A stretch of DNA of 64,000 bases from Denitrovibrio sp. (lineage in GTDB: Bacteria; Chrysiogenota; Deferribacteres; Deferribacterales; Geovibrionaceae), in NCBI GenBank assembly GCA_002869185.1, contig PKTN01000010.1, positions 105,274 through 169,273 of the forward strand, given 5' to 3'. This document shows, piece by piece, positions 1 to 10,003 of the stretch; the stretch's first letter is position 1, and each line of letters begins with the position of its first letter. The notes below the pieces were generated by a model that was not told where the DNA came from, did not search any database, and saw only the letters and a program-made list of their open reading frames with translations. The translations under genes were made by a program, and so were the position numbers.

Positions 1-19
1 GGTGCTGACCCGCAAACAC

Positions 20-49
20 AAAAAAGGGAACCCGAAGGCTCCCTTTTTT
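20..49 (-). terminator. Rho-independent terminator after the peroxiredoxin gene (hairpin is symmetric, so potentially bidirectional)
   Basis: The minus-strand RNA reads GGGAGCC-UUCG-GGUUCCC followed by a U-run. It lies about 30 nt after the stop at 82-84. Confidence 0.7.
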
Positions 50-81
50 GATATGTGTGTGGTGTGTGATATGTGTAACTA

Positions 82-678
82 CTACTTTTCCCAACCGTCT
101 GGGTTGTTCTTGTAATAGTCTTTCATCTTTTCTGAATCAGGAACCATAGTCTCTTTACCAGGAGTCCATCCAGCAGGACAAACTTCACCGTGTTTACGAA
201 CGAACTGAAGAGCGTCAAGGTTTCTAATGATCTCATTCACGTTACGGCCGATACCGAGGTCGTGAATAAGCTCGAATTGTACGTTACCTTCTGGGTCGAT
301 AATGAATGTTCCACGTAGAGCCATACCAGGCTCAAGAAGAACACCATAATCTTCAGAGATAGATTTTGTAAAGTCAGCTACTAATGGGTAGTTGATATCA
401 CCGAGTCCGCCTTCGTTACGTGGAGTATTAATCCAAGCAAGGTGGCTAAACTTAGAGTCTGTAGAGACTCCGATAACTTCTGCGTCACGCTTCTGGAATT
501 CACCAAATGCGTCAGACATAGCGGTAATTTCAGTAGTGCATACAAATGTAAAATCCAATGGGTAAAAGAAAAGTACTACCCATTTCCCTTTATAATCTTC
601 GAGGTTGATACTTTTAAATTCTTTATTTACTACTGCGTCTGCTGTAAAAGTTGGTGCTTATTTTGTTACTAAGCTCAT
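82..678 (-). pseudogene. Typical 2-Cys peroxiredoxin (AhpC/TsaA-like), interrupted by an in-frame TAA at 658-660 (codon 7)
   Basis: ATG at 678-676 follows a GGAG RBS. The frame reads [52 protein letters not shown]. The peroxidatic Cys motif FTFVCTTE and the resolving Cys motif HGEVCPAGW are both present. The listed ORF 82-558 only starts at an internal TTG. Confidence 0.85.
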
Positions 679-775
679 TGGTCATCTCCTTTTAATCTGT
701 AATTTAAACAAGAATATATTAGAAGATAAAAATAGTCAAGATAAAAAAGACAAAAAAAGTCCGATTGGGTTTGTG

Positions 776-1318
776 TTAATAAATTCTGGTGTAATGGACT
801 AGCTCTGTCATGTCTTCCATGAAGAGTAGCTTATTGAAATAAGTTTGTTTTAATAGTCGTTTATCGTCTAGGAAGTGGAATAGGTTTATAGAATTGACAT
901 TAATGATATTAGCATCTTTAATGTATGTCCTGTTAGTTTCTATTGAGATGGTACCACTCGCTCTTTTTATATCGCAGCTATCTAAAGTCTCAATTCTTAT
1001 ACAGTCAAACCTATAAAAGTCAGAGTCTGGAGTGATTCTATAAGTGAAAGTTTTTTCACCGGCATTTTCGTATACATAGGTTTCTCTGAGGAAGATGACA
1101 CTCCCCTCTTTGTAACCTTCCATTTTAGCTGTGAAGGTTGTAGTTATAGCGCCATTAGTACTTTTTACTATCCCTTTGCCTTCGAATAGACCTATAAGGT
1201 CAGTCTCTATGTGGGCATTCTTGCCCATACCAATGCTGTATTCTGGGTGCGTGTATGCACATCCAGATAACAAGAAGGATGAAATGAGTATTAGTGCTAT
1301 GTATAATCTTTTATTCAT
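776..1318 (-). CDS. Lipoprotein of unknown function (possibly DUF3833-like)
   Basis: N-terminal signal peptide with lipobox (LLSGC). Size about 180 aa. The family assignment is from memory only. Confidence 0.5.
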   Translation of the reverse strand: MNKRLYIALILISSFLLSGCAYTHPEYSIGMGKNAHIETDLIGLFEGKGIVKSTNGAITTTFTAKMEGYKEGSVIFLRETYVYENAGEKTFTYRITPDSDFYRFDCIRIETLDSCDIKRASGTISIETNRTYIKDANIINVNSINLFHFLDDKRLLKQTYFNKLLFMEDMTELVHYTRIY

Positions 1319-1362
1319 AAAATAGATTATAAACTCTAGAACTATATATAGTCAAAGGTAAA

Positions 1363-1824
1363 TTAAAATTTCGGTTGTCTGACTATCTTACTCTTTTCTT
1401 TTCTCACTGTTTCAAGGTGTTCGTCCCATATGTACTTAGAAAGTATGTTTTCGTTTCTGATCTTTACATTTGTGAATTTAATGCCGCATAGTCCTTCTTT
1501 AACCCATACAATACGTCCGTATAAAGGTGTAAGAGCAAGATCGTTTTTATGCATAAATGACTCTTTACAAGAAAGACACTTTTCTCTACTCATCACTTCT
1601 GGAGTGGATATTTCTACCTCAAATCCGACATTTACTTTCCCATTATGGGCGATTCGAATACCACCAAGCGAAATATCTGTAGTTAGCGCACAGAAACAGT
1701 CGCCGTAAATAAATTTTTGTGTGTCTGGGTCGACACCTTCAACAAGAGTTACGCAAAAATGAAGAGATGCACTTACCCTTATGTGCTCTCGGCGATTCTC
1801 TTGAGTTCTTATATTATTGTCCAT
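1363..1824 (-). CDS. PilZ domain protein (c-di-GMP binding)
   Basis: RREHIRV (RxxxR) and DISLGG (D/NxSxxG) motifs. ATG at 1824 is preceded by GAGG. The longer listed ORF start at 1869 lacks an RBS. Confidence 0.65.
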   Translation of the reverse strand: MDNNIRTQENRREHIRVSASLHFCVTLVEGVDPDTQKFIYGDCFCALTTDISLGGIRIAHNGKVNVGFEVEISTPEVMSREKCLSCKESFMHKNDLALTPLYGRIVWVKEGLCGIKFTNVKIRNENILSKYIWDEHLETVRKEKSKIVRQPKF

Positions 1825-1901
1825 GTAAGCCTCTACTATGTAATATCGTACAAAAACGTGTGAACACAATAGAGAAAATTGTGAAAAGTAACTGACAGTG
1901 T

Positions 1902-3215
1902 TTAAGAATTTAATAAATAGTCATTAATAATAATTCTATGATCGAAAACTATATCATCAGGCAGAGCATTTATTTTGTAAAAGACGGCATTTTTAGCGTC
2001 ATCTCCAGCAGTCGGTTTTTGATCTGATTCGGTGGAGTAGACAACTGAAACTGTGTGCCCACGTTTATCTCTTGATGGGTCAGAGTATACACCAAGCATT
2101 GAGATACAGTCAGCATTTATCCCTGTCTCTTCAAGGAGTTCACGTCTAGCAGCATCTTCGACTTTTTCGCCATAGTCAACAAACCCACCAGGTAAAGCCC
2201 AGCCGTAAGGCTCGTTTTTACGCTCTATAAGTAGAAGCTCGTCACCATTTCTGACAATCATATCTACGGTTAGGCGAGGGCAGTAAAGAAAGTGAGCACC
2301 GTATTTGAATTCGAGCGAGCGATAAATCGTTTCGCAGTATGGAGCTTTCAGTCCATTTGCTTCGTGTGTTCTAATTACAGGTCCCAGAATTCCGTCAACT
2401 TCAGGATTTCTGTGCCTTTCTATATCTTGCAACATGCTTGTTTTATATTTATTTAGTGAGTCTCGGTGAGCGATTTTTTCTTTCCACTCTTTTTCGGTGA
2501 TAGTTACGCCATGCATCTTTGCAGCGGCTACAACTTCGAGCACCATATTCTCTATTAATGGACGGATAGTGTCGCTCTTTATCATAGGACCACAGGTACT
2601 TTCAAGTAGAGCGGATAGAGGATTGTATGCAACATTCCAAACAAGTTTACTCCAAAGTGTGTGATGCACATCTGGGCTTATGTCTGCTGAGATGTTACTC
2701 TTATCAAAGATAGCTTTCAATGCTATCTCAAACTTTTTAGATTGATCAGACCATGCACCAAATGATAGTGCACCCTGAGCTGAGTGAAAAACAGTTCCGA
2801 CAGGCTCTATTGCTGTGCCTATGAAAAGACTCGCCGCAATAGTACGTTCTTCGCCAAAAATATTAGCAACTATATCTGGGTTCTCGACTCCATTCTGAAA
2901 GGAGACGATACAACCATCTGCACTAAGTGAGTTTAGAAGTAATTGGCATGTTGTTGCTGTGTCTTGTGATTTTACACATAGAAATATGATATCGTATTTT
3001 CCTGTAGGATTCTCTACAGCGTTTACGGGAATCTCTATTTGACCATGGTTCCAGCTATTAAACTTTAAAAGACCTGTCTCTTGCATAGCTTTCAGGTGCT
3101 TCCCTCTAGCCATTAGTTCAATATTGTATCCTGCTTGTGCCATAAGACCGCCGTAAAAGCTTCCTATAGCGCCAGCGCCAGCGACTAGAATTCTCTTATC
3201 TGAAGACAATTTCAT
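1902..3215 (-). CDS. 2-dehydropantoate 2-reductase (PanE/ApbA) fused to a C-terminal NUDIX hydrolase domain
   Basis: N-terminal Rossmann motif ILVAGAGAIGSFYGG and a ketopantoate-reductase-like body. C-terminal Nudix box GGFVDYGEKVEDAARRELLEETGI. Confidence 0.7.
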   Translation of the reverse strand: MKLSSDKRILVAGAGAIGSFYGGLMAQAGYNIELMARGKHLKAMQETGLLKFNSWNHGQIEIPVNAVENPTGKYDIIFLCVKSQDTATTCQLLLNSLSADGCIVSFQNGVENPDIVANIFGEERTIAASLFIGTAIEPVGTVFHSAQGALSFGAWSDQSKKFEIALKAIFDKSNISADISPDVHHTLWSKLVWNVAYNPLSALLESTCGPMIKSDTIRPLIENMVLEVVAAAKMHGVTITEKEWKEKIAHRDSLNKYKTSMLQDIERHRNPEVDGILGPVIRTHEANGLKAPYCETIYRSLEFKYGAHFLYCPRLTVDMIVRNGDELLLIERKNEPYGWALPGGFVDYGEKVEDAARRELLEETGINADCISMLGVYSDPSRDKRGHTVSVVYSTESDQKPTAGDDAKNAVFYKINALPDDIVFDHRIIINDYLLNS

Positions 3216-5604
3216 CTTTTACCAGTTTAACTTTCAAGTTTTTGCGTTTGCTGAATTTCCCCTCAAGTAGCATTTCGCTGAGAGGATCCTCGATCTTAGC
3301 TTGAAGCAACCTTCTGATAGGTCTAGCTCCATAGTTATATTCGTATTCACCACTAACAAGATATGCTTTTACGTCTTCATCAATAGATATTTGCTTGTTC
3401 ATGATCTCAAGTCTTTCGTTTATCTCTTGAAGCTGTAAGTCAATGATCTTTATTAGGTCAGTTTTTCCAAGTGGTTTGAAAACTACAAGGTTATCAACTC
3501 TATTGATGAACTCAGGTGGGAACTTATCTTTAAGTTCTTTGTTAGCGTTATCACTGAAAACTTTGTAGTCGATCCCTTCTTCTGATTCTTCTTTAGTTTC
3601 AAAACCGACAAACTTTTTGTTCATGCTAAGTTTTGTACCCAAGTTTGATGTCATTATAATTATTGTATTTTTAAAGTTTACCTTGTGTCCGAGACTGTCA
3701 TTGATATGACCATCGTCTAGGATTTGCAGAAGGATGTTTAAAACTTCTGGGTGAGCTTTCTCAATTTCGTCAAATAAGACAACAGAGTATGGCTTTCTAC
3801 GAACCTGCTCGGTCAGCTTTCCACCCTCTTCGTATCCAACGTATCCCGGAGGTGCTCCGATAAGTATAGAGGAGTTATGTCTCTCCATAAATTCACTCAT
3901 ATCTATACGGATGAGTGAGTTCTCTGAGCCAAATACTATCTCAGCGAGTTTCTTTGCTACTTCTGTTTTACCAACTCCAGTAGGTCCCATAAAGATAAAT
4001 GAACCTAAAGGACGTGCAGGGTTAGAAAGTCCAGCAAAGCTACGTTTTACTGATCTAGAGAGAGCATCAACAGCTTCCTCCTGACCAATGATGAATTGTT
4101 TTATATCATTGTCTATATTGGCTATGCGAGCCATGTCGTCAGTCTTAAGCTTTTGTACAGGGATGCCTGTCATATGAGCTATAACTTCAGAAATATTTTC
4201 GAAGGAGAGTGATGGCCAAGCGAGATCGATCTCTTCTTCCCACTCTTTTTGAGCTACAGAGAGCTTGTTAGCCCACCGCTCAACATCTTTTGAGTGTTTC
4301 TCGATGTTGTCATAGTCATTGGCACGGAGCTTCTCGTCACGAACCTCTTTAAGGTTATCGAGTTTACTCTTAATGCGCAAAACATCATCAGGCATCTGGC
4401 GTGTCGCAAGCTTTAGCCTTGAGCAAGCTTCGTCTAGGACGTCTATACTCTTGTCTGGCTGAAACTTGTCAGTGATATATCTGTCTGTAAGGCGCGAAAT
4501 CTCTTCAAGTACGTCATGAGGGATAAACACCTTATGGAAATCTTCGTAAAAACGTTTGATACCGTCGAGAATAAGAACTGTCTCGTCATAGTCAGGTTGG
4601 TCGACGAGTATCGTTTGAAATCTACGGTTGAGTGCGCCATCCTTTTCAAAATTCTTTCTAAATTCGCTAAGAGTGGTAGCACCTATACACTGGAAAACGC
4701 CTCTTGCGAGAGCTGGTTTTAGCATGTTTGATGCGTCGATAGAGCCTTCTGCGGCTCCTGCACCTACGATAGTGTGAATTTCATCTATGAAAACAATGAC
4801 GTTTCCGTCAGTTTCTATCTCTTTTATGAGGTTCTTCATACGCTCTTCGAACTGACCACGGTATTTTGTGCCAGCGACAACATTACCAAGTTCAAGTGAG
4901 AAAAGTCTTTTGTTACGAAGGAAATCAGGTAGATCGTCACTAGCCATTTTAATAGCCAGCCCTTCGACTATAGCTGTTTTACCAACACCAGGCTCACCTA
5001 TGATAACTGCGTTATTTTTGATACGTCTGCCGAGAATCTGGATCATACGTGTTATCTCTGTCTCACGACCAATAACAGGATCAAGCTTCCCTTCTCTAGC
5101 AAGCTTTGTAAGGTCACGACCAAATTCATCAAGAGTAGGCGTTGCGGCCGTATCTTTATTTTTTGAATAAGTTTTTGACAGGTTTTGTATTTCTTCTCTA
5201 AGTGTGATGAGATCAAACCCTAGCTTAGAAAGGAGCATTGAAGCTTTACCTTTCTTTTCTCTGAGCAGACCAAGCATGATATGCTCAGTGTTCACATACT
5301 TATTTTTAAGTAGTTTAGATTCCTCAACAGAGTAGTCGAGAACAGTCTTACCATTTTGGCTGAAAGGCAAGCTACCTTTTATCATAAGGTTATGCCCTTT
5401 TTCACTTACACCCTTGACGTCATTCATGAGCATGGTTACGTCAATTCCGCGTCTACTGAAAATCTCTGCTTCAAGTCCAGAACGCTCTCTGAGCAGTCCT
5501 AGAAGTATGTGTTCTGTATCTATTGAGGTCTGCATCAGTCTCTCTGAAGCTTCCCTAGCAAAAAGTATTACCCTTCGGGCTCTATCTGTAAAAAGTTCAA
5601 ACAT
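3196..5604 (-). CDS. clpC: ATP-dependent Clp protease ATP-binding subunit ClpC (Clp/Hsp100, two AAA+ modules)
   Basis: Double Clp_N repeat ([13 protein letters not shown]...). Walker A motifs GEPGVGKT and GPTGVGKT. Length 802 aa with a short middle domain. Confidence 0.85.
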   Translation of the reverse strand: MFELFTDRARRVILFAREASERLMQTSIDTEHILLGLLRERSGLEAEIFSRRGIDVTMLMNDVKGVSEKGHNLMIKGSLPFSQNGKTVLDYSVEESKLLKNKYVNTEHIMLGLLREKKGKASMLLSKLGFDLITLREEIQNLSKTYSKNKDTAATPTLDEFGRDLTKLAREGKLDPVIGRETEITRMIQILGRRIKNNAVIIGEPGVGKTAIVEGLAIKMASDDLPDFLRNKRLFSLELGNVVAGTKYRGQFEERMKNLIKEIETDGNVIVFIDEIHTIVGAGAAEGSIDASNMLKPALARGVFQCIGATTLSEFRKNFEKDGALNRRFQTILVDQPDYDETVLILDGIKRFYEDFHKVFIPHDVLEEISRLTDRYITDKFQPDKSIDVLDEACSRLKLATRQMPDDVLRIKSKLDNLKEVRDEKLRANDYDNIEKHSKDVERWANKLSVAQKEWEEEIDLAWPSLSFENISEVIAHMTGIPVQKLKTDDMARIANIDNDIKQFIIGQEEAVDALSRSVKRSFAGLSNPARPLGSFIFMGPTGVGKTEVAKKLAEIVFGSENSLIRIDMSEFMERHNSSILIGAPPGYVGYEEGGKLTEQVRRKPYSVVLFDEIEKAHPEVLNILLQILDDGHINDSLGHKVNFKNTIIIMTSNLGTKLSMNKKFVGFETKEESEEGIDYKVFSDNANKELKDKFPPEFINRVDNLVVFKPLGKTDLIKIIDLQLQEINERLEIMNKQISIDEDVKAYLVSGEYEYNYGARPIRRLLQAKIEDPLSEMLLEGKFSKRKNLKVKLVKDEIVFR

Positions 5605-5775
5605 TTTATCGCCTCTCTCTTGCCATATTATATTGCTGATGGGGATAGTTTTTCAAGAGTAATCTTTATAAAGTTCAAATTAATTTAGACTAAATGACTC
5701 GCAATTTAGAATTGGGTTGACACAAGGAGCTCTGGGGCTGATAATATGCTAAGTATCTTGTGTTTGAGGTGTATT

Positions 5776-6318
5776 ATGGGAAATGAGAATCTTTTTGCTG
5801 TCACATTGATAGCTTCCGACAGACCAGGTATCGTAGCTGGCGTTTCAAAGGTTTTTTACGAGAATAATTTCAATATCGAAGACTCTAGCTCTAAGCTTTT
5901 ACAAGGGTTCTTCTCTGCGATATTCATAGTTAATTGCAAAGATGGTCGTTCAGTTGATGACGTTAAGCAGCTTTTTGTTAAGCTTGAGTCAGATATGGGC
6001 ATAGAAGTATATGTACAAACTATGAACGAATCAGTCCCTATGCAAGAAGGGGAGCATTATGTTATCTCTGTTTATGGAGCAGATAAATCGGGGATAGTTA
6101 ATAGTATTGCTGAGTATTTATCAGAAAAGAAAATAAATATCATGGATTTGCAGACAAAGGTTGCAGGTTCTGATGCGAGTCCTATATATATCATGGTCCT
6201 TGAAGTAATAATTGAAAACGATGCCGATGTTAAAGGCTGGGAAGAGGATCTGAAGAATATTTCCAGAGATCTTGGAACAGATGTAAATATTAGGCATATC
6301 GAAACATACGAGTTTTAG
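5776..6318 (+). CDS. Tandem ACT-domain protein (GcvR-like regulatory protein)
   Basis: Two ACT-like repeats (DRPGIVAGVS..., GADKSGIVNSIA...). ATG at 5776 follows GAGGTG. Confidence 0.55.
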   Translation: MGNENLFAVTLIASDRPGIVAGVSKVFYENNFNIEDSSSKLLQGFFSAIFIVNCKDGRSVDDVKQLFVKLESDMGIEVYVQTMNESVPMQEGEHYVISVYGADKSGIVNSIAEYLSEKKINIMDLQTKVAGSDASPIYIMVLEVIIENDADVKGWEEDLKNISRDLGTDVNIRHIETYEF

Positions 6319-6321
6319 CAA

Positions 6322-6825
6322 ATGGCAGAAAGAGAAGTTTTAATATATCCAGACCCTAGACTCAAAGAGATTGCTAGAGATGTTGATCTGGTTGATGATT
6401 ATATAAAGCAGGTTATTCAGGACCTAATAGATACAATGGAGATGTCAGGACATTCAACAGGTATCGCTGCTACTCAGATAGGTGAACCTGTGCGGATTGT
6501 TGTGGCTGATGCATCTAAGAACAAGAAATGCGAAGATAACCACGGTCGGCTTGTGATGATAAACCCAGAAATTCTAAAGTGGGAAGGGATGTTGCAGTTC
6601 CGTGAGGGGTGCATGTCTGTTCCTGACTTTACTGGAAACGTTAACCGAGCTAGGAAAATTCTTATCCGCTACCAAGACGAAAATTTAGAGTCAAAAGTGA
6701 TAGAAGCGGAAGGTTTTGAGGCTGTATTGTTACAACATGAGACTGACCATTTAGAAGGGACACTCTTTATCGATAGAGTGATATCTAAGCGTACAGACCT
6801 TTTTAGAAGGAAGAAGTATAAATAA
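6322..6825 (+). CDS. def: Peptide deformylase
   Basis: Motifs GIAATQIG, EGCMSVP and HETDHLEG. Confidence 0.9.
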   Translation: MAEREVLIYPDPRLKEIARDVDLVDDYIKQVIQDLIDTMEMSGHSTGIAATQIGEPVRIVVADASKNKKCEDNHGRLVMINPEILKWEGMLQFREGCMSVPDFTGNVNRARKILIRYQDENLESKVIEAEGFEAVLLQHETDHLEGTLFIDRVISKRTDLFRRKKYK

Positions 6826-6831
6826 GTATTA

Positions 6832-6965
6832 GTCATCATGAGGAGCGAAGGGACGTAATGGTCTCAGATTTCAGCAAACTAACAGTTTTTAGTCACTGTG
6901 ACTAATAACTGTAGCATAATATACGCTTGAGACTCCCACGGCTTTTGACAAAGCCTCAGAGTGAC
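6832..6965. repeat. MITE-like element with imperfect terminal inverted repeats (GTCAnnnTGAGG) and an internal 15-bp palindrome
   Basis: The left end is GTCATCATGAGGA. The right end reverse-complements to GTCACTCTGAGGC. The left end is a 13/13 inverted match to 49542-49554. Confidence 0.45.
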
Positions 6966-6983
6966 AAAAGAGAGGGAGAATAC

Positions 6984-7925
6984 ATGAAAATTCTTATAAC
7001 AGCAGAACTACCATTTGATGTTGAAGCATACCTTAAAGGGAATGAAGTAGACTATAACAAAGGGAAACCTCTCTCACCTAAAGAGCTTATGAAAAGGGCG
7101 AAAGACGTGGACGCTGTTATCTCTATGCTCTCTGACAAGATTGATAAAGACTTTCTAGCCTCGTGTGAAAACCTGAAAGTCGTGGCCAACTATGCAGTTG
7201 GCTATAACAACATAGATGTGCAGACCGCCACTGAAAAAGGTGTTGTTGTGTGCAATACTCCAGATGTCCTCACTCAAACTACTGCTGAACTTGGTTTTAC
7301 GCTTATGATGGCTGCCGCTAGACGGTTGCCTCAGAGTGAGCAGTTCACTCGTAATAAAAAATTCAAAGGGTGGAAACCAGACCTCTTTTTAGGGATGGAT
7401 CTATTCGGTAAAACTATCGGAATCTTTGGCTTTGGTCGTATAGGTCAGGCAGTTGCTAAGATGGCATCAGGTTTTAATATGAATATCGTCTATAACTCCA
7501 GGTCTAAGAAGACTCAGGCAGAGCTACTTACAGGTGCTACAAAGGTGAGTTTTGAAGATATGGTTAGGAAGTCTGATTTCGTTGTAATAACTGCTCCTGC
7601 AACAGAGGAGACTAAACATAAATTTACTCTCGAAACATTTAAACAAATGAAATCATCAGCCGTTGTTGTAAATATTGGTCGTGGGGAAATCATCAAAGAG
7701 AAGGATCTTGTGACAGCTTTGCAGAATAATATGATCTTTTCTGCTGGGCTTGATGTTTATGAATTCGAACCAAAGATCGACGAAGGTCTTTTTAAACTTG
7801 ATAATGTTGTTCTCGCTCCACATATTGGTAGTGGAAGTTATGCTACCCGTGAGGCAATGGCAAAACTTTGCTGTGACAGTGTTCTTAAGGTCTATAAAGG
7901 CGAAACTCCTAAAAATATCGTCTGA
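6984..7925 (+). CDS. D-2-hydroxyacid dehydrogenase (glyoxylate/hydroxypyruvate reductase-like)
   Basis: NAD-binding motif GIFGFGRIGQAVA. Catalytic region NIGRGEII...APHIGS. ATG at 6984 follows GAGGGAG. Confidence 0.8.
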   Translation: MKILITAELPFDVEAYLKGNEVDYNKGKPLSPKELMKRAKDVDAVISMLSDKIDKDFLASCENLKVVANYAVGYNNIDVQTATEKGVVVCNTPDVLTQTTAELGFTLMMAAARRLPQSEQFTRNKKFKGWKPDLFLGMDLFGKTIGIFGFGRIGQAVAKMASGFNMNIVYNSRSKKTQAELLTGATKVSFEDMVRKSDFVVITAPATEETKHKFTLETFKQMKSSAVVVNIGRGEIIKEKDLVTALQNNMIFSAGLDVYEFEPKIDEGLFKLDNVVLAPHIGSGSYATREAMAKLCCDSVLKVYKGETPKNIV

Positions 7926-7959
7926 ATCGCCTCGTATTTACCGCAAAGAAAATTAATAG

Positions 7960-7994
7960 TTGACAAAGATACATATATATTTCTATATATATGT
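7960..7994 (+). promoter_or_regulatory. Putative promoter (TTGACA) overlapped by a perfect 10-bp inverted repeat operator
   Basis: TTGACA at 7960-7965. ACATATATAT (7971-7980), spacer TTCT, ATATATATGT (7985-7994). It lies 28 nt upstream of the Cys-rich permease gene. Confidence 0.45.
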
Positions 7995-8021
7995 AAATGT
8001 TGTTAATTTAAAGGTCGAGTA

Positions 8022-9068
8022 ATGATATACATACAAAAGTATTTTAGTTCATTTTGGGAGATGACTCTCCTTATGCACGCATATATTATCTTTTGTTTAA
8101 TAGTTGCGGGTGTCATAAAAGAATTCCTATCAGACGAATACATAAAGAAGAATCTTGGTGGAACTGGTCTCTGGGCTGTTGTGAAAGCAACACTTCTTGG
8201 GCTACCCTTGCCACTATGCTCTTGTGGAGTTATTCCGCTGGCCGCATCACTCAGAAAGAGCGGTGCAGGGAAGGGTGCTGTAACAAGCTTTTTTATCTCT
8301 ACCCCAATGACTGGTGCTGATTCTATTATCGCTACTTATGGTGTTTTTGGTTGGATAATCACTCTTTTCAGAGTTGTTAGTGCATCAATCGCTGCAATTC
8401 TAGCTGGTTTTTTTACTGATAAATTTACAGGAGATGATGAATTCGCCGGACCTTCTGGCTGTGGATGCTCTGGTGGTTGTTGTTGTACTGTCGAAGTGGC
8501 AAAACCTACAGCTTTTGACAGAGTAAAAGGGATTTTTCGCTACGCTTTCGTTGAGCTATTGGGTGACCTTGCGTATCCGCTTCTCGCTGGGCTTTTGATG
8601 GCGGCACTCATTACACTATTTATCACACCTGAAATAACAGGGAACAGAACTGGGATAGTATTCGGCTATCTTCTTGCATTTACCGCAGGGGTACCACTTT
8701 ATGTTTGTTCTATTTCAGCTATACCTATAGCCTTATCATTTCTAGTCGCTGGGTTTTCCCCCGGTGCGGCGTTCATTTTTTTAGCTGCTGCTCCTGCGAC
8801 AAATATCATCGCACTCAGTGTTGTGAAGAATATGCTTGGTAAACGTGGGGTAGCTATCTATTTGACTTCTATTATTTTAGTGACACTAGCAACGGCACTT
8901 ATTGTAGATTATCTATATTTGAATACCGGACTCAGTTTTAATGGATTTACTGGAGAAGATGAGGCATTTGGAATGCTGGAGACAGTGACAGCGTCAGCCT
9001 TTTTGATAATTATTACTTTGATAAGTCTAAAACAGAAACTGTTCAGAAAAAATCATAACCACCACTAG
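8022..9068 (+). CDS. Multi-pass permease (DUF318/ArsP-like) with a Cys-rich loop; putative metal(loid) transporter
   Basis: About 8-10 hydrophobic segments. Motifs LPLCSCGVIPL and CGCSGGCCC. Confidence 0.55.
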   Translation: MIYIQKYFSSFWEMTLLMHAYIIFCLIVAGVIKEFLSDEYIKKNLGGTGLWAVVKATLLGLPLPLCSCGVIPLAASLRKSGAGKGAVTSFFISTPMTGADSIIATYGVFGWIITLFRVVSASIAAILAGFFTDKFTGDDEFAGPSGCGCSGGCCCTVEVAKPTAFDRVKGIFRYAFVELLGDLAYPLLAGLLMAALITLFITPEITGNRTGIVFGYLLAFTAGVPLYVCSISAIPIALSFLVAGFSPGAAFIFLAAAPATNIIALSVVKNMLGKRGVAIYLTSIILVTLATALIVDYLYLNTGLSFNGFTGEDEAFGMLETVTASAFLIIITLISLKQKLFRKNHNHH

Positions 9069-9181
9069 AGGTGATGTAAATCAGACAGCGAATATCTACA
9101 TAACCCACATCCCTCGCCCATAAAGGGTGAGGAATGATAGGTTGTAAATTGAGTTATAGCATGCCTCAAGCTGCTACATTG

Positions 9182-10003
9182 TTATATAAATGATTCGATT
9201 AGTTTAGATACATCTTTAGCCTTTATCTCTGTTGAGATTTCAGGGTGACGCTCATCGTATGATGGTCTATCGTATTTGCTATAAAGACCGAGATAATATT
9301 TATCTGGCTCAGTGGCAAGTGCTATAGCCTTTTCAGGTGACGGCATCTCTGTTAGTTTCTCTGTTCGCTCATCATAATAATCATACTTATAATCTCCGCC
9401 AAATGTTACACACGGCTGTAGAACGTCAATGATAGCGAAACCTTTGTGCTGTATACCTCCAGCGATAAGCTCTGCTAATTGTTCTGATTCTCCAGAATAC
9501 CCACGTGCCACGTATGTAGCTCCGTTAGCCATAGCGAGAACAAGTGGATTTATCTGAGCATCAACAACGCCAAACGGTGTCGATTTAGAGATAGTCCCTT
9601 CCACAGCAGTAGGTGCTGCTTGACCTGTAGTCAGTCCGTACACTTTGTTGTGATGGACTATATATGTGACATTAATGTTTCTACGGATTGCGTGGATAAG
9701 GTGTCCAACACCCATTCCGTAGCCGTCTCCGTCGCCACCATTTACTATTACGTTGAGCTCTGGATTAGCGAGTTTTACGCCTGTTGCCACTGGGAGAGTC
9801 CTTCCGTGTAGAGCGTGGAAAGCGTAACTACGAACATGGTTTACCATCTTACCAGAGCAACCGATACCAGAGACGAGAGCGATCTTTTGTGGCTCTAGTT
9901 CGAGTGAAGCGAGTGCTTTCTTTATGCTGTTCCATATGGCGAAGTTTCCGCAACCAGGGCACCATACAGGGATTTTACCAGTGTTATAAGTTAAAGGTTT
10001 CAT
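9182..10003 (-). CDS. 2-oxoacid:ferredoxin (acceptor) oxidoreductase, beta (TPP-binding) subunit
   Basis: Motifs WCPGCGNFAI and GGDGDGYGMG. The start overlaps the alpha-subunit stop (TAATG). Confidence 0.85.
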   Translation of the reverse strand: MKPLTYNTGKIPVWCPGCGNFAIWNSIKKALASLELEPQKIALVSGIGCSGKMVNHVRSYAFHALHGRTLPVATGVKLANPELNVIVNGGDGDGYGMGVGHLIHAIRRNINVTYIVHHNKVYGLTTGQAAPTAVEGTISKSTPFGVVDAQINPLVLAMANGATYVARGYSGESEQLAELIAGGIQHKGFAIIDVLQPCVTFGGDYKYDYYDERTEKLTEMPSPEKAIALATEPDKYYLGLYSKYDRPSYDERHPEISTEIKAKDVSKLIESFI

